Of a stretch of DNA of 64,000 nucleotides, positions 26,837-37,328 are shown piece by piece. Every line of letters begins with the position of its first letter. Positions within the stretch are counted from its first letter, which is position 1. The notes beneath the pieces were generated by a model. It worked only from the letters and a program-made list of their open reading frames with translations. It made no database searches and was not told the DNA's origin. Made by a program: the position numbers and the translations under genes. The stretch comes from Candidatus Omnitrophota bacterium (lineage in GTDB: Bacteria > Omnitrophota > Gorgyraeia > Gorgyraeales > Gorgyraeaceae): the NCBI GenBank assembly GCA_042572045.1, contig JBHPFI010000001.1, positions 112,015-176,014 of the forward strand, read 5' to 3'.

Positions 26837-27792
26837 TTTCTTTTCCTGCTGGGCATGAATGGATTGGTGCCTGAGGATTTTCTCTTAGGTAGGTAGAGAT
26901 CGTACTGTATGATGACTTTATCTTCCTCGCTTAAACCTGAGATGACTTCAGCATTAAGATCATTATTTAATCCTACCTTGATATCGCGCTCGATTATCTT
27001 GCTTCGTCCTTCCTGGACCAGAACAAACTCTCTTTCTCCATCGTAATGAATAGCGCTTGAGGGGATTGTTATAACACCTTTGGCTTTCTTTTCAATGACT
27101 TCCACTGTAACGCTCATGCCTGAACGCAGTATATCAGGCATTTCTTTAGGTAAGATATCAACATCATATATTGTCACATTATTTACTATCTCAGACTCGT
27201 ATGCTACATGATCTACCTCGCCATTAATCTTAACATCAGGATACGCATCAAGAGTTATGAGTGCCTCTTGCCCTATCCTCACCCTGCCTATATCAGTCTC
27301 GTCAAACTGACCGCTTATTACAAGCCTGTCAGATAGGACTAATACTGCGTCAGAAGATGAGACGGTCTGGCCTGGCTCGACTGCGCGGACTATTACTTCG
27401 CCATCAATAGGAGAAATAATAGGCGTTTTCTTGTAAGTCTCTTCCCAGTATTCCAGGGCCTCTTCGCCCTGTGAATGGGCAGCATCCACAAGCGCAGCCC
27501 TTTCAGTAGAACTCATCCACGCCAAAATATCACCCTTATTGACCTGGTTACCCTCTCTAATTAAGATCTCTTCAATCCGCCCGCCTATAGAAGGTTTTAT
27601 TTCAAGTCGGTTCTGAGGCTCTACGATTCCTGTTGTAGCAACTTTTATAGCAACATCACTTATTATAGGTTTTACGATTTTCTTTGCGCTTCCTTTTGGC
27701 TGGCCATTGTCTTTCTTTGAATTCATGACTAAAGCTACAGCAACGCACAATATAACTACTGTGACAATAAGCTTCCCTTTATTTTTAATCAT
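26833..27792 (-). CDS. macA: Periplasmic adaptor (HlyD/MacA family)
   Basis: TM anchor, lipoyl-like and beta-barrel motifs. ATGA overlap with macB. Confidence 0.75.
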   Translation of the reverse strand: MIKNKGKLIVTVVILCVAVALVMNSKKDNGQPKGSAKKIVKPIISDVAIKVATTGIVEPQNRLEIKPSIGGRIEEILIREGNQVNKGDILAWMSSTERAALVDAAHSQGEEALEYWEETYKKTPIISPIDGEVIVRAVEPGQTVSSSDAVLVLSDRLVISGQFDETDIGRVRIGQEALITLDAYPDVKINGEVDHVAYESEIVNNVTIYDVDILPKEMPDILRSGMSVTVEVIEKKAKGVITIPSSAIHYDGEREFVLVQEGRSKIIERDIKVGLNNDLNAEVISGLSEEDKVIIQYDLYLPKRKSSGTNPFMPSRKRK

Positions 27793-29056
27793 TCCCCAAT
27801 ACCCCTCCTATCGCCTGAATCCAGTATGCCTCGGCAGTCAACATGGTTGCCTGAGCGTTCAAGTATGCTTTTTTGGTGCTTACTAGATTATCCTCTATTA
27901 TTATCCAGTCGTCAAACGATATAAGTCCTGTTTGGTATTGCGCCTGGGTTATCTTTGCCCGCTCATCTGCAGCCTCAAGAAATTTTTTCTGTACAGAGAC
28001 GCTTTCTATTGAATCCTTAAGGTCCTTCCATGTCTCTTCGAGCGTAAGTAAGACACTGTCCCTGCCGCTTCGCTGGTCTGCTGCTGCCTGACGGAATTTA
28101 GATCTTGCTTTATTGACCTCAGCAAAACGGCTTCCACCTTCGAATATCGGCAAAGACACTGTCACGCCAAATGACCATGTGTCTTTCTCAGGCGGCCAGG
28201 TCCCGCTTGTCTTACCCAGAGCTCCATTCAGGTAGACCTCAGGTAGAAAATCAGCTCGCTCTGATTTAAGGTCATAACGCAATGCTTCTTTTTTAGCTAT
28301 CAATTCCTTCAGAAAAGGCGTATCCTCAGCTAGTTTCTCGATACCAGGCTTGAGATCATAACTTCTTAAAACAGAAAATACTCCTTCTGCCTCCATGGGA
28401 TTTAATTTTTGAAGGCCCATTTCTTTTGAAAGTTCGCGCTGGGAAAGGACAATATTCCTCTCTGCTTGTTTGACTTCATATTCTGCGCTGGCGAGATCTG
28501 CTTCTGCTGTTAAAAGTGAACCCCTGTGTTCCCTGCCTGCCTCATATCGCAGTTTCACGAGCTCAAGATTTTTCATTCTGCGCTCAGAGATTTCCTTTGT
28601 GAGAGAAAGGAGCTCCTGGGCCTTTAAGAGTTTAGTAAAAGCGTTTTTTAAATACAATCTTACATTAGAGGAAGTAACTATGTAATTATATTCTTCTGCC
28701 TCAAGGGTCTTCGACGAACTAGTAATATCATAAAATGTCTTAAATCCGTCAAAGACCAGTTGTTCTCCTGTCACGCTGTATGCATAGGTGTCGGTTGTCA
28801 CGCCGGTCGAGGCCTTTGCGCTTTTGCCGGACATAGAAGCATCTAGCTGCGGTAACATAGAAGTTATATTTATTACCTTGTCCTCTTTTGCCTGCTTGAC
28901 TTGTTCAAAAGCAGATATTAGATCAGGATGATTTTCTTTGGCCTTCATTACGCAGTCTTTCCATGTGAAAATATCAGCTGCAGAGGCAACGCTCGTTGTG
29001 GACAACAATAAAACTAAAACAATAATTCTATATATTTTTCTCAAGTCTCTATGCAT
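27785..29056 (-). CDS. TolC-family outer-membrane efflux protein
   Basis: Signal peptide. Two repeated coiled-coil/beta halves. 423 aa. 8-nt overlap with macA. Confidence 0.75.
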   Translation of the reverse strand: MHRDLRKIYRIIVLVLLLSTTSVASAADIFTWKDCVMKAKENHPDLISAFEQVKQAKEDKVINITSMLPQLDASMSGKSAKASTGVTTDTYAYSVTGEQLVFDGFKTFYDITSSSKTLEAEEYNYIVTSSNVRLYLKNAFTKLLKAQELLSLTKEISERRMKNLELVKLRYEAGREHRGSLLTAEADLASAEYEVKQAERNIVLSQRELSKEMGLQKLNPMEAEGVFSVLRSYDLKPGIEKLAEDTPFLKELIAKKEALRYDLKSERADFLPEVYLNGALGKTSGTWPPEKDTWSFGVTVSLPIFEGGSRFAEVNKARSKFRQAAADQRSGRDSVLLTLEETWKDLKDSIESVSVQKKFLEAADERAKITQAQYQTGLISFDDWIIIEDNLVSTKKAYLNAQATMLTAEAYWIQAIGGVLGND

Positions 29057-29196
29057 TGTAAATCCTTATATTGTTATATATAATATACTACTTTAAATAG
29101 AAATGCAAAGATCTGTGAAAAAATTTATGGGGAATTTTGAAAGATTTTGAAATGCCTACCGCAAATCTTTTCCACGCCTTTATGGTTAGTGTATAT

Positions 29197-29225
29197 ATGA
29201 TACTACTAAGGGGCTATGCAGGCAA
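29197..29225 (-). promoter_or_regulatory. Promoter module copy: TTGCCT-17 nt-TATCAT
   Basis: Same -10 and downstream ATATACACTAACCATAAAGGCGTGG as the other copies. Lies ~140 nt upstream of the tolC-like ATG. Confidence 0.5.
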
Positions 29226-29246
29226 TGGGATTATTGATCTAATGCC

Positions 29247-29453
29247 CTATTTTACTCCCCACTTCCTGAGAATCTTTTCTGGGATACACCAGTTAGTGAA
29301 TGCTGATTGAATAAGATTGATGCCTACTAGTGCAGCCCAGATAAGCCACCATTTACTTACCGTGATAGCCAGAATAACGCTTATAAGAACAAAACTCCCT
29401 GCGATAATCCTGATATATTTTTCCATTGCAAGCTGCATAATAATATCCTCCAT
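29247..29453 (-). CDS. DUF2892 (YgaP-like) small membrane protein
   Basis: YIRIIAGSFVLISVILAI...LVGINLIQSAFTNWCIPEKIL. Start is ambiguous (29453, 29438 or 29426). Confidence 0.6.
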   Translation of the reverse strand: MEDIIMQLAMEKYIRIIAGSFVLISVILAITVSKWWLIWAALVGINLIQSAFTNWCIPEKILRKWGVK

Positions 29454-29456
29454 ATT

Positions 29457-30758
29457 TTAAAAACTGCACCTGAGCCTGAAATATATATTCTTATTCTCTT
29501 CCATCTGTCCAAACTCAGTAATGTCCTGCTCTCCCCATGCAAGGTTGGCGCCCATGGTGAACTTCCAGTCATCTGTCATATCATAACTCAAAAGAGGCCT
29601 GATATAGACATCTTCATCTGAGGGTGAATAAAACGTAAATAAAGAAAGACTCAAGGTCTGGTTTGTTAAGAGTTTTGTTATGCGGTTTGTGACAAGATGT
29701 CTGTGTTCGTCCCAGAAAAAATCTCCTGCTAAAAGGGCGTCCTTATAATCACTATAATTCAGCCTCTGTTCATAAAAATACTGGAATGCTATTTTTAAAT
29801 CGCTTCCCATGTCCTTTTCATAGCCCAAAAGCCCTTTGAAAAAAGAATTTTCAATAAGCCTGTTTGTCCCATCTGAATCATCCCTTGAATTGTAATAGCC
29901 TATCTCGAGATTTCCTATGCCTCCGGAAAAAGGACCGCGCACGCTAGCGCCATAGACATCCAACCTCTCGTAATATAATTGCCTGAGTGCTTCGTTTTTG
30001 TAGCTCCGCGGCGCCTTATCAAAACCCCTGAAAAAATACAGCGCACATTCATAGCTTTTAAAGTTTCTGTATAGCCTTAAAGCGGTTTCTATGTTCTCAG
30101 CCTGATTCGCAGGCTCTAAAAGCAAACGCTCTACCCCTCTCCCTGTAATGCCCCTATTAAAACTATCAAAAAAGCTAAGCCTATCACCATCTGGCATAGT
30201 ATTTGGCTGGAAAAAAGGAATAATGGCGATGTCGACATTGGCAAGCTTTGGATACAGGGAAAGCCTGATTGCATCCGAAGGTTTTTTAAGGTACTCGTCA
30301 TCTCTTCCTGTGTAAAATGAGATGTAATCTTTTGGAAACATATCATTTATAAATATATAATCACCTGTCCCCCAGGTAAGGATCTGCCTTCCGACTTTCA
30401 CATCAATGATCTTAAGGGGAGTGAAAAGGGCATTTAACTCTCTGAGATCAAACGCGGTTTTGCCTCCAAAATATTCATCTACCAGGAAATCTCCTTTAAA
30501 ATTCAATTCAGTATGCCAATCTTTCAGCAAAGTTTCGCCTTTTGCTCTATGGGATGCCTTAAGCTGCAGCCTTTGCTCCATGATGTTATAATGGTCTCTT
30601 TTTGTAGTGTGAGAGCTGGTCCTGAAACCTGACGCGTTTTCTATGAAGCCTCGGACATTCGGGCCCTTTTCAAAAGGCCTGAATGCCCAGGCATTATTAG
30701 AAGCTAGGAGGATCAATAATGCCAGGAGGGATTTTTTTATCATTTTTACTCGAGCCAT
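29457..30758 (-). CDS. Outer-membrane beta-barrel protein associated with the MMPL/LolA-like exporter
   Basis: Signal peptide. Alternating beta-strand pattern. C-terminal YFRLRCSF (terminal Phe beta-signal). Confidence 0.6.
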   Translation of the reverse strand: MARVKMIKKSLLALLILLASNNAWAFRPFEKGPNVRGFIENASGFRTSSHTTKRDHYNIMEQRLQLKASHRAKGETLLKDWHTELNFKGDFLVDEYFGGKTAFDLRELNALFTPLKIIDVKVGRQILTWGTGDYIFINDMFPKDYISFYTGRDDEYLKKPSDAIRLSLYPKLANVDIAIIPFFQPNTMPDGDRLSFFDSFNRGITGRGVERLLLEPANQAENIETALRLYRNFKSYECALYFFRGFDKAPRSYKNEALRQLYYERLDVYGASVRGPFSGGIGNLEIGYYNSRDDSDGTNRLIENSFFKGLLGYEKDMGSDLKIAFQYFYEQRLNYSDYKDALLAGDFFWDEHRHLVTNRITKLLTNQTLSLSLFTFYSPSDEDVYIRPLLSYDMTDDWKFTMGANLAWGEQDITEFGQMEENKNIYFRLRCSF

Positions 30759-31540
30759 TCTGCTGGAGGCCTTCTCAAATATCTCTCTGTAAATATATCG
30801 TCCGAAAGGCCAATATCATAGTCTATTTTTTTGAATTCCAACACAGTAGAGCTACCTGAAGAAAGATCTGTTACTTTAGATTTAATAACTGTTGGATGAC
30901 CTTCTATATCGCCTACTTCAAGCGCCTCAACAATCCTGTAAGGCCTTCCTTGTTCATCATAATATTCTGCCTTCATGGGCATAAAATTAGACCTGTCTAT
31001 CCATACATGATAATACTTGAAGTCAATGCCAGATTCTTCTTTCGGAGTGTTTTTGATCTTATAATATCCTTCTCTGTCAGATTCTACAAGTTCGTGCAGG
31101 TCCATATCAAGGCTTCTTCCAGAGACATCCTCGTACAGAAAATCAGACCCTACAAAGCTAGACCTTTTGTCGCTCGCAGCAACCCTTCTCACAAGATCCA
31201 GGGCAGGCAAATAAAGCCATCTATCATCATCTCCATCAAGATGCTTCCATACCATATACACCATATCCTGGACATCGCTCGGCTCTTTGAAATACACATA
31301 ATACTTTTGCTCTTTAGCGTCTTCAATATCCATCCTCAGGATAACGAACTTTTTTTCTCTCGTCCTTCCCTGGCTATCAGTTATCACCATACTTACTTCT
31401 GCTTTTCCGTCCGAACCCTCATAATACGCGACCTTATTCGCCTTTTCTACAATATCCTGGACAGGCACATTTTCAGCAAAAAGCAGCCCACACGCAAATA
31501 TCCCGATAAAAATAAATGCGGTATTTAAATATTTTTTCAT
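30746..31540 (-). CDS. Outer-membrane lipoprotein-sorting (LolA-like) protein
   Basis: Signal peptide. The pattern ...MVITDSQGRTREKKFVILRMD...YVYFKEPSDVQDMVYMV...RWLYLPALDLVRRV...SFVGSDFLYEDV is typical of the LolA_like family. Confidence 0.65.
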   Translation of the reverse strand: MKKYLNTAFIFIGIFACGLLFAENVPVQDIVEKANKVAYYEGSDGKAEVSMVITDSQGRTREKKFVILRMDIEDAKEQKYYVYFKEPSDVQDMVYMVWKHLDGDDDRWLYLPALDLVRRVAASDKRSSFVGSDFLYEDVSGRSLDMDLHELVESDREGYYKIKNTPKEESGIDFKYYHVWIDRSNFMPMKAEYYDEQGRPYRIVEALEVGDIEGHPTVIKSKVTDLSSGSSTVLEFKKIDYDIGLSDDIFTERYLRRPPAEWLE

Positions 31541-34041
31541 TATTTTCCTCCTTTACAAACTTCTCTTCTGGATAATCTATTACAAAACACACTCATTAAA
31601 ACTACAATAGCCAATGAAACAATAGAAGCCATTTTAATATCTATCAGCCTAAAACTATACAAGGTGCCTACCATTAAAGCTGACACAATAAAAGATATTA
31701 TGACGCAACTGAGACAATTGCATCCCGGGGACTGGAGTTTCTTGAAAAACATTTTCTCCATAAGGGTTATTCCCGCAGGTAATATAAAGAAAGTCGCAAG
31801 ACTGGAAACAGCCATGATGCTTGCTATAAAAAATCCAACCGTTCTATATGGCATAAGCGGGGCTAAAAGAAGCGGAAAAAATCCTATGGCTACTACAATA
31901 GCGTTTCTGGATATTGCCCTTGCTGGTTCCTCAAATAGTTCTTTCGCGGAATCCTTCCAGTTCTTATGCTTTGAATAAAGCATCTTTGTTCTTTGTAAAA
32001 AGTGTATTGCAAAATCTACTGATATTCCTAGAGTCAACGATGAGAGCACTGCTACCGGCATGTCGTAATCCTTGCCCACTAACCCTATAAGACCGTATAT
32101 AAAAAGTATTGTCATTGAAAGAGGCACCATAGCCAATATTCCCCATAATGGCGAACGAAACAAAAACATCATCATAAAAAATACAATAATAAAGGCACTA
32201 AAAAGACTCTTGAGCATACCTGAAACCATCCTATCCTGCCATACAGTATTTATATATGTAAGGCCTGCCCAATTGGTTTTTACATCTAAAGGCGGCGGGT
32301 TATCTTTTATAAAGTGCGATACAGATTTAACAACATGCCCCATATCCTGATTATCCCCGCTTTTAAGCTGCACCCAGATGTTTATCTTAGAGTAATCCGG
32401 AGTTACTAGATGCCATAAGTCATCTGGCTTATGTGAATTCTGGAATGATATCAGACATTGCGCTACTGCAGCGCTTGAATCAGGGATCCTATTATAGTTT
32501 TCTTTGTCCCCATCCATGAGTTCATAATAGACTTTTTTTACGACATCTGAAAGAGAGCTGGATTTTCCTACAATGCCTGTTTCCAGGAGATATCCCTGAA
32601 GCCTTTCTATGTATCTCAAGGTATCCGGATCCTTAAAGCTATCTTCTTTTTTAGAGTCAAGTACAAGATATGCTGTGTATGTCCCGCCAAAATGCTTATT
32701 CAAGACCCTATCAGCGACCCTTATCCTGTGACTTTTTTTAAACCACCTTACCGGGTTATCATTTATATTTATTTTGGTTATACCATAAATAGATACAGCA
32801 CATATCGCTATTACAAAAATAACAACTATTTTTGCCCTTTTAATAGAAAACCTACCTATTGATTCAACTAGCCTTGTTAAAGTATCCGGCTTTTCCGATA
32901 AAGTATCTCCAAATCCTTTTAGAGAACTTTCTTTTATCGTCATGATATATGCGGGTATAAATACCATTGTTAAAAACCATGCCAATATAACACCGAATGC
33001 CACAAATATGCCAAATACCTGTACAGGCGGAATAGGCGTAAATGCAAGCGAGGCAAAACCACAGGCTGAAGTAAGAGATGTGTAAAGCATGGGCATAAAA
33101 AGATCGTCCATGACTTTTAAAATAGTCTTTTTCTTATCTTTTATTTTATTGTAGTTATCATGAAATTCGCTAAGGATGTGGACGCCGTCTACTACTGAAA
33201 TAGGCATCAAAAATATAGGTATCATAGAGCTCATTATATGGACAGTCAGCCCTTTCCCTATAAGGCTTCCCATCGTGATCACAACTGTTGCCATGGCAAC
33301 AATCATAGGCGAGAGTATCAGATTTATCTTTCTAAAGAAAAATAACATCAAAAGAAATATTATAAGCCCTGCAAGAGGCGCTGATACCCCCATCTGCTTG
33401 AACATCTCGACCCCGAACGTATCTTCTGCGACAGGAAGACCTGTTATATGGTATTTTTCAGCGCCTTTTAACTCATTTACAATTTTAAGCATCTCCCTTG
33501 ATATTCTGTAACTCATATCTTTTTTCTTGATCGGCGCATATATACAAAGCGCCTTTCCGTTCTCCGACACGATAGTACCGTCGAACAAGGGGTTATCCTT
33601 TGCTTCTTCTTTTATAAAGAGCGCTTGCTCTCGTGTTTTGGGAGGTGAGGCCATCAACCATTCAAACTTTACTGCCCCAAGCCCTGCTTGAGAGATATTG
33701 TCTTTTGTAGAAGGCGCTATTATATCCCTTGCGATAACACCATCTATTTCTTTTATCTTATTTGTAATATGATAGATCTTCCCAAGGGTCTCTATATTAA
33801 AAACTCCATCAGGGTGTTTTTCGTTTACTATGCCAAGGATTATAAAATCATAGAGAGAGAATTCCTTTTTTACTTGGTCATGGAATATTCTTACGAATTC
33901 CTCTTTGGAGAGCATGTTTTCGGGATCTGTATCTATCTTTATCTTGGGGAATTGAATAATGGCGAGCGCGCTTATGACTATGGTGAGTATTATAATAAGC
34001 TTTGGATGGTTTACTGAAAACAAGATAAGTCTTTTAAACAT
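31540..34041 (-). CDS. MMPL / RND-superfamily exporter (HpnN-like, 12 TM)
   Basis: 833 aa. Two blocks of six TM helices with large periplasmic loops. 1-nt junction with the LolA-like gene. Confidence 0.8.
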   Translation of the reverse strand: MFKRLILFSVNHPKLIIILTIVISALAIIQFPKIKIDTDPENMLSKEEFVRIFHDQVKKEFSLYDFIILGIVNEKHPDGVFNIETLGKIYHITNKIKEIDGVIARDIIAPSTKDNISQAGLGAVKFEWLMASPPKTREQALFIKEEAKDNPLFDGTIVSENGKALCIYAPIKKKDMSYRISREMLKIVNELKGAEKYHITGLPVAEDTFGVEMFKQMGVSAPLAGLIIFLLMLFFFRKINLILSPMIVAMATVVITMGSLIGKGLTVHIMSSMIPIFLMPISVVDGVHILSEFHDNYNKIKDKKKTILKVMDDLFMPMLYTSLTSACGFASLAFTPIPPVQVFGIFVAFGVILAWFLTMVFIPAYIMTIKESSLKGFGDTLSEKPDTLTRLVESIGRFSIKRAKIVVIFVIAICAVSIYGITKININDNPVRWFKKSHRIRVADRVLNKHFGGTYTAYLVLDSKKEDSFKDPDTLRYIERLQGYLLETGIVGKSSSLSDVVKKVYYELMDGDKENYNRIPDSSAAVAQCLISFQNSHKPDDLWHLVTPDYSKINIWVQLKSGDNQDMGHVVKSVSHFIKDNPPPLDVKTNWAGLTYINTVWQDRMVSGMLKSLFSAFIIVFFMMMFLFRSPLWGILAMVPLSMTILFIYGLIGLVGKDYDMPVAVLSSLTLGISVDFAIHFLQRTKMLYSKHKNWKDSAKELFEEPARAISRNAIVVAIGFFPLLLAPLMPYRTVGFFIASIMAVSSLATFFILPAGITLMEKMFFKKLQSPGCNCLSCVIISFIVSALMVGTLYSFRLIDIKMASIVSLAIVVLMSVFCNRLSRREVCKGGK

Positions 34042-34075
34042 ATATTATACGATACTTCATATCTTTTAAAAAAGC

Positions 34076-34103
34076 AAAGCCCAAGTAAAAACACCTGGGC
34101 TTT
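34076..34103. terminator. Bidirectional intrinsic terminator
   Basis: AAAGCCCAAG / CCTGGGCTTT stem, flanked by A-runs on one side and T-runs on the other. Confidence 0.6.
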
Positions 34104-34207
34104 ATTTATTTTTTGTAGGTGCTCTCTAATTATCCTCCAACCCCTCACCAAGCCACTCTTTTAACAGCCTCTCCCCTTCTAATATTATGCATCTTTATGA
34201 TGCTGCT

Positions 34208-34786
34208 TTACTTTTTGAGCTTTGTAATTTTAGACCCTTCAAGTGTAATGTTATACATCAATCCCTTCTGGTTTAAAACAAAACCAATAATAGGCTCATT
34301 GATACTTGCTGTATCAATTGACCCTCCTACTCCAATTGTAATCACTGCAACAGAGGCATCTAGCCCTACTTTCCAACCGGAAGATTCTCGAAACTTTTCA
34401 AAGGCATTGTTTTCCATAAACGCAATAATGATCGTCTTTTTTTGTCCGCCAATCTGAAAGCCTATCGATGCTGCACCGGTGCCATAGTAATCAACTGTCT
34501 TGCCATTTATCCTTAAAGCGCCTTCGCCATATTCACCGCCTATGCCAATACCTGCTTTAAAAACTTTTGGGAATACTAAAATACCTTTTGCTTTTTTTAT
34601 AACTTCCTTAGCCCCTACAATGCTCTCAAAATGTTTTAAAGAAGCGTCTACATTGGCATCAATTTGTTTTGCTGTCGCGGCAAAAGCCTCGTTGATCCCG
34701 GTTCCACACATAAATCCTGCCAATAGCGCTGTCACCAAAAGAACTTTATGTATTACTGTGATTTTGTCAAAAACCTCCTGTTTCAT
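34208..34786 (-). CDS. SYLF (Ysc84/DUF500) lipid-binding domain protein, secreted
   Basis: GIGIGGEYGEGALRINGKTVDYYGTGAASIGFQIGGQ...GLDASVAVITIGVGG. Confidence 0.7.
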   Translation of the reverse strand: MKQEVFDKITVIHKVLLVTALLAGFMCGTGINEAFAATAKQIDANVDASLKHFESIVGAKEVIKKAKGILVFPKVFKAGIGIGGEYGEGALRINGKTVDYYGTGAASIGFQIGGQKKTIIIAFMENNAFEKFRESSGWKVGLDASVAVITIGVGGSIDTASINEPIIGFVLNQKGLMYNITLEGSKITKLKK

Positions 34787-34800
34787 TTTTCCTCCTCATA

Positions 34801-35199
34801 TTATATAATCGTAGCCTTTACAAAATTAGCTATTGCCAGTTTATCTCTTCTGTTTATGCTGTCAAATTGAATACCTAAGCGATGTTGGTTTTTATCTAAA
34901 AGGTTATCATTGCGGATTTCTCCTTTTATCTCACTTAACGTTCTAAATTTATCACTGTCATTAAAGGCGCGATCATTAATCAAAGTAAATTCAATTGATA
35001 GTCTAGTACCTATAGGGATGCCGTCATTTGTTACAATAGCCATTCCTCCTTCGCTTAGGTCAAACATCAACGCATCAATCTTTTTATTATTAAACAATAT
35101 GAGTGCTTCTGCAACATTAGATGCCTTACAAGTAACAAGAAATTTCGCCGGCACACGTTTAAAGCGTCGTCTTTCAGAACCGCTATATGTATCAGCCAT
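34801..35199 (-). CDS. PilZ domain protein
   Basis: RRFKR (RxxxR) and DLSEGG (DxSxxG). Confidence 0.75.
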   Translation of the reverse strand: MADTYSGSERRRFKRVPAKFLVTCKASNVAEALILFNNKKIDALMFDLSEGGMAIVTNDGIPIGTRLSIEFTLINDRAFNDSDKFRTLSEIKGEIRNDNLLDKNQHRLGIQFDSINRRDKLAIANFVKATII

Positions 35200-35440
35200 A
35201 ATTTTTACCCCCTAAACAAAAAGCCAATCCCTCTCCAAATCACTCTTTTAACAGCCTCTCTCTTCGTCTATCCTCTCCACCTAACCTTAACTACTGCTCT
35301 ATCAAATCTCTAAATCTTTTCTCCACCTTGCCCTGTTCTTTAGGGCAAGGCCTAAAACCCCCTCTCCTTAATCTTCTAAACAGACCTGACCCCTTTACTA
35401 TTTAAACAGATTGCGTTAATATATGATTGGAAGTGCCATT

Positions 35441-35755
35441 ATGAAAAAAATGATATTTCTTATAATTCTGCTTATTTTTATCTATGGCTGTGCTACAACG
35501 CCTAACCAAGCAGGACAAAACTATATCAATTTGCATCCTGAAATATCTGAAAAAATTAAACAGGGAATTCTTGCAAAAAGAATAGACATCGGTATGACAA
35601 GCCAAGAACTTATAGCATCTTGGGCTTATCCCAGGCGCATTGGTAGAACTGTTACTGATTATGGGACACGCGAACAATGGATATATGATCCTCTTGGAGA
35701 TTATAGAACTTATGTCTATCTTGAAAATGATATTGTCACAGATTGGCAAGATTAA
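35441..35755 (+). CDS. Lipoprotein, BamE/SmpA_OmlA-like
   Basis: Lipobox LIFIYGC. GMTSQELIASWAYPRRI...REQWIY. Confidence 0.45.
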   Translation: MKKMIFLIILLIFIYGCATTPNQAGQNYINLHPEISEKIKQGILAKRIDIGMTSQELIASWAYPRRIGRTVTDYGTREQWIYDPLGDYRTYVYLENDIVTDWQD

Positions 35756-35826
35756 TCTCATTTCTTTTTCCGCTGCGCCCTCTTTAACAAAAAAGCAATC
35801 CCCTGTATTCTAATACCCTAACTCCC

Positions 35827-35895
35827 CTACTCCACACTCCAACCAACCATCACCCCTAAGAGTATTACAAAAACCCCATACAATCGGCAACATCC
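35827..35895 (-). pseudogene. 3' remnant of a 120-aa-family membrane protein gene
   Basis: Encodes GCCRLYGVFVILLGVMVGWSVE*. Closest to paralogue 3. No upstream ORF. Confidence 0.7.
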
Positions 35896-36029
35896 TTATC
35901 CCTTTCTCAGCGTTTTTTATTTTACCTCTAAGTACCCTATCCTTAACGCCAGCTCCAATAAACATATATTAATAATAACAATAAATAATGCTCAAATTAA
36001 CTTCTTTTTTTAAGGTTAAGTGTTTGGTT

Positions 36030-37325
36030 TTACTTAACATTTGCTGCTATAGGTACAAACTTATTTAAAATTAAACTCTTATAAACATTTTTGGCAATCA
36101 AGTTATATCCGTATTGATTACAATGACCATCTTCTGCAAATAAATCTGATCTTTTTAACTTTTCAAGTCTATTTTTAAACAACGCATAATTGTCTACTAA
36201 AGGAATGTCATTGAGGTCAGACATCTTCTGTATAGTTTCCCTGACAACATCAGGAACAACACCAAAAGGATATTGCATTAAAACTACCTTTATTTTTTTT
36301 TGTTTTGCAAGCTTTGTAATCTCTTTTAAATTATAAGCAATTACCTTTCCTATAATTTTATTATCTCGGTGAAATGACAATAGTTGCTCAAGATATTTTT
36401 TTGCTTCGACCTTTTCATTAGATTCATTCCTATCTTCAATAACAGATTCCATATCTTTAATAGCAGCATAAAATCTTTCATCTTGATTTTTATCGCCTAA
36501 ATTGGTTGAATCACGTACCACCGCAAATACATCCTGCAGAATCGAACTATCTCCATGCCTAAGCGCAGACATTGCTTCATCTTTAGCTAAAGCATAGTTC
36601 TGTTGAATTTGAAGATAAATATGCGCCAATCGTAAATGTATATCAGGGTTATCAGGTTCCAATTGTTCAGCTTGTTTAAACTCTGACAATGCCAATTCGT
36701 ATCTTGCATCGCGCATATAATCATCACCTAATATATAGTGCCTTTCCGCTTCTTGGCTTTTAAAACCAGAATTACCTTTTTTATTATCTTGGTTAAATTG
36801 CAAACTTCTACTTAATATAATCTTTTTCAAATTCAGCAAGGTAATTTTTGCAAACTTATATATCCTAAAATCACCCAACAGCACATCTGTTTTCTCTAAG
36901 AGATTCCCATCCTTAACCATAAGATAATTACAGTTCTGCAAGCTCCAGGTATCATTGCAACCTGTCATAATAATCAAGAGATCCGCTCTATATTTATTTA
37001 TGTCTTTTTTTAGGTATTTTAAAATAGTAGAGGAATTAATGCGAAATTCTCTGTGAACATTAATTGTTTTGCCCAATTGTCCATTTGCAATTTCTTGCAA
37101 TTGCTCTGGATAACTTTTACCCTTAGAAGCTCCAAAGCCTTCAGTAAAAGAATCTCCCAAACATAATATATTAAATGCTCTTAATTCTTCTTTAATAGGT
37201 TCCAGAGGATGTGACAGGCGAAGATATATGCCTCCGATAGTTCTCAAAGATAACTCCAAAAGAAATATGCTTAAAATAATACTTAAAACTATCGCTGTAG
37301 GTCTTTTTAATCTTATGGGTCGCAA
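36030..37325 (-). CDS. SGNH/GDSL hydrolase with an inserted TPR-like segment
   Basis: Block I FNILCLGDSFTEGFG. Block V DGHCNQYGY. TPR-like ALSEFKQAEQLEPDNPDIHLRLAHIY lies between them. Confidence 0.6.
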   Translation of the reverse strand: MRPIRLKRPTAIVLSIILSIFLLELSLRTIGGIYLRLSHPLEPIKEELRAFNILCLGDSFTEGFGASKGKSYPEQLQEIANGQLGKTINVHREFRINSSTILKYLKKDINKYRADLLIIMTGCNDTWSLQNCNYLMVKDGNLLEKTDVLLGDFRIYKFAKITLLNLKKIILSRSLQFNQDNKKGNSGFKSQEAERHYILGDDYMRDARYELALSEFKQAEQLEPDNPDIHLRLAHIYLQIQQNYALAKDEAMSALRHGDSSILQDVFAVVRDSTNLGDKNQDERFYAAIKDMESVIEDRNESNEKVEAKKYLEQLLSFHRDNKIIGKVIAYNLKEITKLAKQKKIKVVLMQYPFGVVPDVVRETIQKMSDLNDIPLVDNYALFKNRLEKLKRSDLFAEDGHCNQYGYNLIAKNVYKSLILNKFVPIAANVK

Positions 37326-37328
37326 AAT

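Noticed and set aside
34044-34049. A TATAAT hexamer 2 nt upstream of the MMPL gene ATG, considered as its promoter.
   Set aside because: A start site would then fall inside the coding region, and there is no downstream in-frame Met. The match is more likely fortuitous in AT-rich sequence, with the gene transcribed by read-through or from further upstream.
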